A DNA stretch of 41,946 nucleotides from NCBI GenBank assembly GCA_030689765.1, contig JAUYEP010000375.1:1-41946 (forward strand), written 5' to 3'. The DNA comes from Methylovulum sp. (GTDB lineage Bacteria; Pseudomonadota; Gammaproteobacteria; Methylococcales; Methylomonadaceae). A model generated the notes under the pieces. It was not told where the DNA came from. It did no database searches and was given only the letters and a program-made list of their open reading frames with translations. Position numbers and translations under genes: made by a program. Shown in pieces: positions 1 through 7,413 of the stretch (the first letter of the stretch is position 1; each line of letters starts with the position of its first letter).

Positions 1-1573
1 TGAACGCCAGTTCCATCGATTCCATTTTTTCAGGTTGGGTCGCCTGAAAATTACCGTAACCGGGTAGGTTTGCACTGCTGATCTTATCGAAATCATCTTC
101 ACGAAGCAGGCCGTCATGCCTGAAGCCACCGCTGTAATTTAAACCTACCGCGCCACGAAATCCTTGACTGTAAGAGGCCCTGAACTGCCCGTCTTGCCAG
201 GGATAATAAAAAAAACCTACGCGCGGCGATAAGTTTTGGCCCCAGTTTTTATGTTGGTCATAGCGCAAACCACCGAATAAGGTCAGGCGACGGTTGATTT
301 CATAATTGTCTTCGACAAACAGACTGTATACATTGATGTTATTAGGATAGACAAAGGTATTGCTTTGTTTGAGCGCGTCTAGCTGGGCTATGTTTTGAGG
401 GGACATGATATTGACGATGAAATTATCGCCATCCGCATTGTTTTCGCCGACATCATAGCTATGAAATTCCGACCCTAAAGCCAGCGTATTGCCTTGCCAT
501 AAATCCTTTAAACGCAACACTGCCTGTAATCCGTAACGGTTTTCGCGGGTGCCGCCTGAGATGGCAGAGGCCATCACCGAGTGCAAGGTATAATCATCCA
601 CCGTCATATCCGCTTTAGTGTCCAATTCCACGCCCTGGTGGATGTCCCAGTGGTGCGACAGGCCAAAATAAGTGACGGATTGCTCAAGCTGATCGCGGTC
701 ATAATAAAAATTATACAAATCACGCGTCTGATCGGTATGCAGCACATCGAGATTCAGTTGACGGTAACGGAAATGCCCAAAAACACTGAGATTGTCCGAA
801 CGTTTCAAACGATGGCCCGCGTCCGCAACAACGCCACCAGTTGCGCCCAAAAAGGCCCTGTTTTCCGCCCAGCCTTCGTGGCGCAACGCCTGACCATCAT
901 AATTGCTTTCATTAACATGCAAATAGGCATCATGGGTATCATCATTAAACGCATACTCCATGCCGCCTTGCCAGGCATTATCCAAGCCGGCGCCAGCCAG
1001 CAAATTGGCCTTGCCTTGACCGCAATGGGTTGCCAATTGCTGGGCGTTGCGCGTAACTATATTAACAACCCCCAATAAAGCGCCTTGCCCCAGCGTCACC
1101 GAACCGGGGCCGCGAATCACTTCGACGCGTTCGATCCAATCGAAATTATTGCCGTTAAGCAGGGCATCCGGTGGCCCCATAAACCATTCAGCATTGAGGT
1201 TATGGCCATTCAACAACATCATCACTTTGGAATTATTATCGGCCGCCAATCCCCTAAATGACCCGATAGTATCATCCTGATCTTCGACGACGAAAAATCC
1301 CGGCACATAAGCCATTAACGCCTCGTTTAACGTCCGTGCGCCGCTCAACTGCAATTGTTCATGGGTCACGACCGTCACCGAGGCAGGTTGCTTGCTGGGG
1401 TCAGAGGACACCTTGGAAGCAACGCCCACCCCGGTTTCCATCAATTGTTCCAGCGGCAGTGCCAGCAAATCGTCAAAAGGCGCGTCACAACCCGCCCACA
1501 AACCAGATGAGTAGGCGAGTAAGATGAATGCAAGCGATATTCCGGTAATTGTTTGAGGACTAATCCTGTTCAT
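1..1573 (-). CDS. TonB-dependent outer-membrane receptor (3' end beyond the left edge of the window)
   Basis: Missing from the ORF track; translated by hand from ATG at 1573 (alternative in-frame ATG at 1582). Signal peptide MNRISPQTITGISLAFILLAYSSGLWA, then DDLLALPLEQLME, plug motifs PASVTVVTHEQL...GARTLNEAL and IERVEVIRGPGSVTLGQGALLGVVNIVT, and barrel-type SPRVG...RASYSQGFR...PEKMESMEL near position 1. Confidence 0.92.
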   Translation of the reverse strand, partial: MNRISPQTITGISLAFILLAYSSGLWAGCDAPFDDLLALPLEQLMETGVGVASKVSSDPSKQPASVTVVTHEQLQLSGARTLNEALMAYVPGFFVVEDQDDTIGSFRGLAADNNSKVMMLLNGHNLNAEWFMGPPDALLNGNNFDWIERVEVIRGPGSVTLGQGALLGVVNIVTRNAQQLATHCGQGKANLLAGAGLDNAWQGGMEYAFNDDTHDAYLHVNESNYDGQALRHEGWAENRAFLGATGGVVADAGHRLKRSDNLSVFGHFRYRQLNLDVLHTDQTRDLYNFYYDRDQLEQSVTYFGLSHHWDIHQGVELDTKADMTVDDYTLHSVMASAISGGTRENRYGLQAVLRLKDLWQGNTLALGSEFHSYDVGENNADGDNFIVNIMSPQNIAQLDALKQSNTFVYPNNINVYSLFVEDNYEINRRLTLFGGLRYDQHKNWGQNLSPRVGFFYYPWQDGQFRASYSQGFRGAVGLNYSGGFRHDGLLREDDFDKISSANLPGYGNFQATQPEKMESMELAF

Positions 1574-1600
1574 ATTGACCATTATTGATATTTTTGTACT

Positions 1601-1715
1601 GTAGAGACGTTGCATTGCAACGTCTTGCATTGCAACGCCGTATTGTTCACGCTCCGGCATAGGAATGCAAAACTGTGATCGCATACAGACAGACGTTGCG
1701 ATGCAACGTCCCTAC
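1601..1715. repeat. REP doublet (REPIN-like): two inverted GTAG-REP palindromes
   Basis: GTAGAGACGTTGCATTGCAACGTCT (1601-1625), a partial duplication TGCATTGCAACG right after it, and AGACGTTGCGATGCAACGTCCCTAC (1691-1715; reverse complement GTAGGGACGTTGCATCGCAACGTCT). The same motif recurs at 41471-41499. Confidence 0.85.
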
Positions 1716-1729
1716 CCACAGCCACACCA

Positions 1730-4465
1730 TCAAACCACAACAAAATCCGCAGCCGTCAACACCAAGTTGACACCCAAGGCCGCAATTTGAACCGCCGCGC
1801 CAGCGCCACTGCCATCGGCATCATAATACAACGCGCCGGTGGCTTTGTTGTAGACCAGATAATCGTTACTATCAACTGCCGCCACAGCAGTTACAAACAC
1901 ACTGGCATTTAATACACCTGTGGCAGTCAATTTGGCAAAAACCTGGTTTTCCAGTTTGATGGAATCGTCAACAGGCTTGAAATCGGTAATTTTATCGACA
2001 TTCGCCGTAAGCGCCGCGTTAAACAAAAAGCTGTCTTTACCGGCGCTTCCCGTCAAATTGTCCTTACCTGCGCCACCAGCTAACACGTCATCGCCCGAAC
2101 CACCGTTTAACACATCATCACCCAAGCCACCAAATAATGAATCGCGCCCTACCGCACCGCTTAAGGTATTTTTGCCATCATTGCCCGTTAAGGTGTTGTT
2201 GCCTGTGTTGCCGGTTAAGCTGCTCGCTTGTGTACCTGCGGCGATAGTGCCGGCTTCAATACCCTTAGGCAATGTGTATTTGTTTAAGACATAAGGCATG
2301 ATAACGGTATCCACATCTTTCGCTGCACCTTGGTCATCAATGACATCGCTGGCATCGTAACCCAAGTAGTAAATGTCATTACCAGCACCACCAATCATGG
2401 TGTCTTTGCCCGTACCGCCGTCCAGGATGTCATTGCCCGCGCCGCCTTCCATGTAATCGGCGTCTTCATCACCCCATAACGTGTCATTGCCGTCTTCACC
2501 AAACAAATTATCAGGCCCCAAACCGCCATAAACCGTGTCGTTGCCCAAACCACCCGACAAGTCATCCGGCATATTGAGGCCATAAATCGTATCGTTGCCA
2601 TCGCCGCTTTGGTTATCCGCAGGGCCGCTAATTATGAAATCCGCTTTTGAACCGCCCACATCGCCGTAAATAACCTTTCCGGGTACGTGGACATCGTTAT
2701 CGGTATTGGTCAGCGCCAAGGGCTTAACGGTAAGCAGTTTGTAATTGATGTCAATCGTCGCTACGGTGGCGGTGATTTGATAGGAAACATCACCATCATT
2801 CACCGCATCGTCAACGCCAGTGATGGTTAGCGTTTGTGGGGCCGCCCACGAACTATTGGTAAAGGTCATCGTCTTTGCGCCAGTAATCACGCCTTCTTTG
2901 TCATTGCTGCTGGTGAACGTCAATGTCACATCACGGAACGGTTGGGCGTTTAACGATACGGCGTATTTGGCTTGCGCACCGTCTTCGCCCGTTGCCGTGC
3001 CGTTTTGCGGGGTAAAAGTGAACCCAGGTGTTTGGGGATCACCGGCTTTAACTACTACCGCTGTTGCCGCACTCGCAACGCTTTCCTTGGTGCCACCGTT
3101 GTCCGTGTAACTGGCGGTTACGGTCAGCGTTTTGCCCTGTTCGGCCGCCGTGACGGTGTGTGTCGTGCCTGTTCCTAACACCGTTGCGCCTGCTTGCCAT
3201 TGGTAAGTGATTGCCCCTAAAACATCCGCATCGGCTAAGGTGTTGCCAGCAACGAGGGTGTCGCCAACGGTGGGCATGGTGTCGTTGATGGTGACCGTGC
3301 CCGTGGGCGAGTGGTTCGTAGGGGAAGTTGCGCCTTTACCGTTGAATGTCGTATCTAAACTGCCGTCGCTGTTGTAACGTACTAACGCGATATCACTATC
3401 CGTCGTACCAACTAACAAAATTTTGCCATTGGCATCTACAGTGACGCTATTGCCTTCTTCCCAGCCGCCTAAATCAGTGGTGACAATACCGTCGGTTGAA
3501 AAACTGGTGTCCAGGGAACCATCAGCATTGTAACGGGCCAATACGAAGTCATAATTGCCATTGGTTCCCACCGCGAGAAATTTACTATCGGCTACCTGAA
3601 TGATGCCATTTAGCGATTCTGTGCTGCCTAAGTCGGTGGTGATAATGCCATCACTGCCAAACGCCGTATCAAGGCTGCCGTCGGCGTTATAACGCACGGC
3701 GGCAAAATTACCATCACTGATACCGGCGGCCAAGATTTTTCCTGAACCCAATACGTTTACCGTATTGGCGTAGTCTTTACCGCCCAGGTCCGTGGTAACT
3801 ATACCGTCGCCACTAAAACTCGTGTCGGCAGTGCCGTCACGATTAAGCCGTGTCACGCCAAAATCATAACCATAGTAACTACCCGCCAATACTGTTTTGC
3901 CGTCTGGCTGTAATGCAGCACAGGTAGCGGCTCCGCCACTGATTCCCCCAGTAAATAGGCCTTCGTCAGAAAAACTTTTATCCAGGCTGCCATCACTGCT
4001 ATAGCGTGCTGCAGCGAACGAGTTATAAGCCGTAGAGAAACCAGTTACCAATAGCTTGCTATCGGCTTGCACAGTGACGTTATAAGCAATATCAGGATAA
4101 CTAGGACTATAAAACGAAGTGGTCAGTTGACCATCGCCACTAAACGCCGTGTCCAAACTGCCATCACTGTTATAACGCGCCACGGCAAAGCTGCCATCAC
4201 TGGTGCCCACGGTCAGGAACTTGCCATCACTAAGCAAACGCACGGCGTTAATGGTCATCACCGCCGTTGCGGTCAATTTACCATCGCCATCAAAACGGGT
4301 ATCCAGGCTTCCATTGCTGTTGTAGTGGGCAATGGCGAGGTCATCGCTGCTGAAGCCCGAAGTGATACCCAGTACAATGATCTTGCCATCCGGCTGTGCG
4401 ATTACATACTGTCCTTTATCATAACTGCCAAAATCGGTGATGATAGCGCCTGCGCTTGTTGTCAT
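1730..4465 (-). CDS. Probable T1SS-secreted protein: 7 delta-60 (beta-propeller) repeats + Ig-like and Calx-beta-like domains + RTX Ca2+-binding repeats
   Basis: Seven repeats of the form Q(P/A)DGK...RYNxDGSLDTxFxxDG in about aa 1-375. Two blocks of GGxGxDxUx nonapeptides. No Sec signal peptide. C-terminus LYYDADGSGAGAAVQIAAL...TAADFVVV is typical of RTX/T1SS substrates. Confidence 0.85.
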   Translation of the reverse strand: MTTSAGAIITDFGSYDKGQYVIAQPDGKIIVLGITSGFSSDDLAIAHYNSNGSLDTRFDGDGKLTATAVMTINAVRLLSDGKFLTVGTSDGSFAVARYNSDGSLDTAFSGDGQLTTSFYSPSYPDIAYNVTVQADSKLLVTGFSTAYNSFAAARYSSDGSLDKSFSDEGLFTGGISGGAATCAALQPDGKTVLAGSYYGYDFGVTRLNRDGTADTSFSGDGIVTTDLGGKDYANTVNVLGSGKILAAGISDGNFAAVRYNADGSLDTAFGSDGIITTDLGSTESLNGIIQVADSKFLAVGTNGNYDFVLARYNADGSLDTSFSTDGIVTTDLGGWEEGNSVTVDANGKILLVGTTDSDIALVRYNSDGSLDTTFNGKGATSPTNHSPTGTVTINDTMPTVGDTLVAGNTLADADVLGAITYQWQAGATVLGTGTTHTVTAAEQGKTLTVTASYTDNGGTKESVASAATAVVVKAGDPQTPGFTFTPQNGTATGEDGAQAKYAVSLNAQPFRDVTLTFTSSNDKEGVITGAKTMTFTNSSWAAPQTLTITGVDDAVNDGDVSYQITATVATIDINYKLLTVKPLALTNTDNDVHVPGKVIYGDVGGSKADFIISGPADNQSGDGNDTIYGLNMPDDLSGGLGNDTVYGGLGPDNLFGEDGNDTLWGDEDADYMEGGAGNDILDGGTGKDTMIGGAGNDIYYLGYDASDVIDDQGAAKDVDTVIMPYVLNKYTLPKGIEAGTIAAGTQASSLTGNTGNNTLTGNDGKNTLSGAVGRDSLFGGLGDDVLNGGSGDDVLAGGAGKDNLTGSAGKDSFLFNAALTANVDKITDFKPVDDSIKLENQVFAKLTATGVLNASVFVTAVAAVDSNDYLVYNKATGALYYDADGSGAGAAVQIAALGVNLVLTAADFVVV

Positions 4466-4668
4466 AGTGTTTACCTTAAGTCAAAGTTTTAGAAGAAAAT
4501 CAACGCAGGCTTTATAGCATGAACAAGATGCTTTCGTTAATAAGAAAGTTTTCCTGTCCGTCCTAATGCCTTCGTATACAAATTAGGAATTAACGCCTGA
4601 AACTTTTAAAATGCCCGGACAAGCAATATAAAACGTTATGCTGAATCCTTTTCCTTTCGAGATTTTTT

Positions 4669-5757
4669 ATGTCCCTACCTATTCAAGATTACGCCTTACT
4701 CGATGATAAGGCCTGCGATGCCCGTATTGTTGCCGCAAAAGCCACGCTTGGCAGCCGTTGTGTGGTGCTCGGCCATCATTATCAACGTGATGAAGTTTTT
4801 AAACATGCTGATTTTTCCGGTGATTCGCTAAAGCTGTCCAGGGATGCGGCACAATCTGAGGCGGAATATATTGTGTTTTGCGGAGTGCATTTTATGGCGG
4901 AAGTCGCTGATATTTTGTCTCGCCCTGAGCAAATAGCCCTATTGCCGGATTTGGCGGCGGGTTGTTCAATGGCGGATATGGCGAACCTGGTTAAAGTCCG
5001 TCAATGCTGGGATGAATTATCTCAAGTCATTGACGTGGAAAATGAAGTGACCCCAGTGACTTATATCAATTCCGCCGCTGACCTGAAAGCATTTTGTGGC
5101 AGCCATGAAGGTATCGTCTGCACATCATCCAATGCCCGGACAATACTGGAATGGAGTTTTGCCCAGCGTGCCAAGGTGTTGTTTTTCCCGGATCAACATC
5201 TAGGGCGTAATACCGGTTACCGCATGGGTATTCCGCTGGATGAAATGGTCACCTGGGATTTTAATAAACCTTTGGGCGGCCTGACCGAAGCGCAAATCCG
5301 AAAGGCCAAAATCATTCTCTGGAATGGCTATTGTTCGGTGCATCAGGTGTTCAAGCCGGAACAGATCGATAATTTTCTCGGGCGTTATCCTGAAACCAAG
5401 GTTATCGCCCACCCGGAAGCCTGTTTTGAGGTCTGCCAAAAAGCCGATTATGTCGGTTCTACAGAATTCATACTCAAAACGGTACGCGCCGCCGAACCGG
5501 ATACCCGTTGGCTGGTTGCGACTGAATTGAACCTGGTCAACCGCCTGCATGAAGAATGCAAGGCGCAGGGTAAAAACGTGCATTTTATGTCGCCAACCTT
5601 GTGCATGTGTTCGACGATGTTCAGGACTGACCCACAGCATCTGGCATGGATTTTGGAAAACCTTGCCGCCGGGCATGTCATCAACCAGATCTCGGTGTCT
5701 GCGGAAGAATCCAGGCTGGCGAAAAAGGCGTTGGATAATATGTTGCGCGTGAGTTAA
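4669..5757 (+). CDS. nadA: Quinolinate synthase A
   Basis: Motifs GHHYQRDEV, FCGVHFMAE, GCSMADMA, TYINS, FFPDQHLGRN, GYCSVH and CMCSTM (three Fe-S cysteines). Confidence 0.95.
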   Translation: MSLPIQDYALLDDKACDARIVAAKATLGSRCVVLGHHYQRDEVFKHADFSGDSLKLSRDAAQSEAEYIVFCGVHFMAEVADILSRPEQIALLPDLAAGCSMADMANLVKVRQCWDELSQVIDVENEVTPVTYINSAADLKAFCGSHEGIVCTSSNARTILEWSFAQRAKVLFFPDQHLGRNTGYRMGIPLDEMVTWDFNKPLGGLTEAQIRKAKIILWNGYCSVHQVFKPEQIDNFLGRYPETKVIAHPEACFEVCQKADYVGSTEFILKTVRAAEPDTRWLVATELNLVNRLHEECKAQGKNVHFMSPTLCMCSTMFRTDPQHLAWILENLAAGHVINQISVSAEESRLAKKALDNMLRVS

Positions 5758-5935
5758 TATTTTTCGGTTGGCATTAAGCCAATAACTGCGGTGGATTATC
5801 AGGAAGGATAATGGATAAGCTAACTAACAAATTGATTAATAATTATAATTTTTAAAAACAATAACTATAAAAACAAGCAATGGTGAAAATACCTTTTGCT
5901 ATGTGGGCTGTAATCAGCTGCTAAGGGGATAAAAC

Positions 5936-6508
5936 ATGACGATGACAACTGATGAACTGGATATTTTGCATACCCATATAAACGCATCGACCCGGTTTCT
6001 GGAGTTTGGTGCCGGTGCGAGCACACTTTATGCCGCCAGTGTTCCTGGCATCAAGCAGATTGATTCGGTTGAATCTTCAGAAAGCTATATCAATGAAAAT
6101 TTAAAACACCATCCCGCCATTTCCGATGCCTTATCCGCCGGAAAATTATTATTTCATGTCATTGACATTGGTAAAACATCGCTCTGGGGCTACCCCACCG
6201 GTTTTTGTAAAAAACACCAATGGCCAAACTATTCATTAAGCATTTTCTCGAGAAAAAGCGAGCATGACCTGGTGTTAATTGATGGCAGGTTCCGGGTGGC
6301 TTGTACGCTTAACTGCATATTGAACACCCCTTCAAACTGTAAAATAATTATCCATGATTTTTGGAACAGGTCGGACTATCACATCGTTTTGCCTTTTTTA
6401 GAAACCAAAGCTAAAGCCGATACCTTGGGCTTGTTTGCAAAAAAAGAAGGTATTGACCACCGCAAAATAAAATCACTTATTGAAAAGTATCAATACAAAC
6501 CTTGGTGA
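5936..6508 (+). CDS. Class I SAM-dependent methyltransferase-like hypothetical protein
   Basis: FLEFGAGAST (motif I-like), DSVES, DLVLIDGRFRVAC and IIIHDF. SD-like AAGGGG upstream. AT-richer than its neighbours. Confidence 0.6.
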   Translation: MTMTTDELDILHTHINASTRFLEFGAGASTLYAASVPGIKQIDSVESSESYINENLKHHPAISDALSAGKLLFHVIDIGKTSLWGYPTGFCKKHQWPNYSLSIFSRKSEHDLVLIDGRFRVACTLNCILNTPSNCKIIIHDFWNRSDYHIVLPFLETKAKADTLGLFAKKEGIDHRKIKSLIEKYQYKPW

Positions 6509-6554
6509 CCCTTAACTTTTCCGATGGTATGATGCGGCCCCCAATACTTGTGGA

Positions 6555-6675
6555 CTGTGAAAGCATTGTAAAAAAATCGCTAAAACCGTATTTTCATTTT
6601 TCAAGCTATTGATTTATATATTGTAGATGAAGTACAAACTTAGGTTTATACTCCAAATATTCAATTCTTTCACAG
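6555..6675. mobile_element. MITE-like element (~120 bp) with terminal inverted repeats and an internal IHF consensus site
   Basis: CTGTGAAAGCATTG (6555-6568) versus the reverse complement of 6662-6675, CTGTGAAAGAATTG (13/14 identical). 6602-6614 on the minus strand reads AATCAATAGCTTG, matching WATCAANNNNTTR. Confidence 0.5.
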
Positions 6676-6690
6676 CTCTCCAGCTTTCAT

Positions 6691-6768
6691 CGTTATACAC
6701 AAGCCCAGTCGGACACTGGAAGTTCCGTCATGCCGGAATGACGGACTTTTATATGCTTGTGTATAACG
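6691..6768. repeat. Nested inverted-repeat element (MITE/REP-like)
   Basis: Perfect 14-bp IR CGTTATACACAAGC (6691-6704) / GCTTGTGTATAACG (6755-6768) enclosing an inner 8-bp IR TCCGTCAT...ATGACGGA (6724-6745). Confidence 0.7.
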
Positions 6769-6857
6769 GTGGGCGCTAACACTGGATGTGCTTATTCAGG
6801 CCTACGCTCTGTTGACATAATCAATCACCCTTCAAAACCAAACGCTGTGAGCCTCCT

Positions 6858-7280
6858 ATGAACCCGAATTTAATTTTTGTCCCAGTCATCGCCATTGTGT
6901 TGTTAACTTTTGCCGTCGGCATTTTAATGCTCAAATTCAAATTTAAAGCAGTCGAAGAAGATGGCTTGAACCCTAAGCATTTTTTGTTAAACAAGGGGGC
7001 GAAACTGCCGGACTACCTTGCAAAAGCCACAAACCATTATGCCAATCTTTTTGAAGCACCGGTTTTATTCTATGTGGTATGCCTAACCATTTATGCCGTA
7101 AACAAAACAGACAACAGCTATCTTGTGCTTGCCTGGTTGTATGCAGGTTTACGCTATGCCCACGCCTTTATCCACATGACTTATAATGGGTTGAAGCACA
7201 GAATGCTGGTTTTTTTGGCGGGCATGGCGATTCTTGCCGCTTTATGGACAAGGCTTGCGATTCAGTTGATTGCGTTCTGA
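6858..7280 (+). CDS. MAPEG family membrane protein
   Basis: 140 aa with 4 hydrophobic segments and NHYANLFEAPVLFY...LAWLYAGLRYAHAFIH...HR, the typical bacterial MAPEG pattern. Confidence 0.85.
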   Translation: MNPNLIFVPVIAIVLLTFAVGILMLKFKFKAVEEDGLNPKHFLLNKGAKLPDYLAKATNHYANLFEAPVLFYVVCLTIYAVNKTDNSYLVLAWLYAGLRYAHAFIHMTYNGLKHRMLVFLAGMAILAALWTRLAIQLIAF

Positions 7281-7369
7281 GAAGACGTGGCATGTGCGTG
7301 GCGCCCCTCTAAACGGGCTGTGAGCCGGGTGAAGCAAGGATTGGGGGCGGTTGACAAAAGCGCGTAAAT

Positions 7370-7397
7370 GGTGGGCAATAAAGCCTGCCCACCCTAC
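7370..7397 (-). repeat. GTAG-type REP palindrome between the convergent MAPEG and ftsZ genes
   Basis: Minus strand GTAG-GGTGGGCA-GGCTTTAT-TGCCCACC: an 8-bp stem preceded by the GTAG tetranucleotide. Confidence 0.75.
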
Positions 7398-7413
7398 ATT
7401 ATAATGCGGAACG

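Noticed and set aside
581-1527. Three + strand ORFs (165, 77 and 63 aa)
   Set aside because: Antisense shadows of the minus-strand TonB-dependent receptor.
1601-1715. Possible mini CRISPR array
   Set aside because: The copies are inverted rather than direct repeats, there are no regular spacers and no cas genes; this fits REPs.
1920-4492. ORFs overlapping the RTX gene, and DNA-level repeats within it
   Set aside because: Explained by antisense or alternative frames and by protein-level delta-60 and RTX repeats.
7281-7312. AGACGTGGCATG... as a further REP copy
   Set aside because: Only half of the palindrome is recognisable; too degenerate to call.
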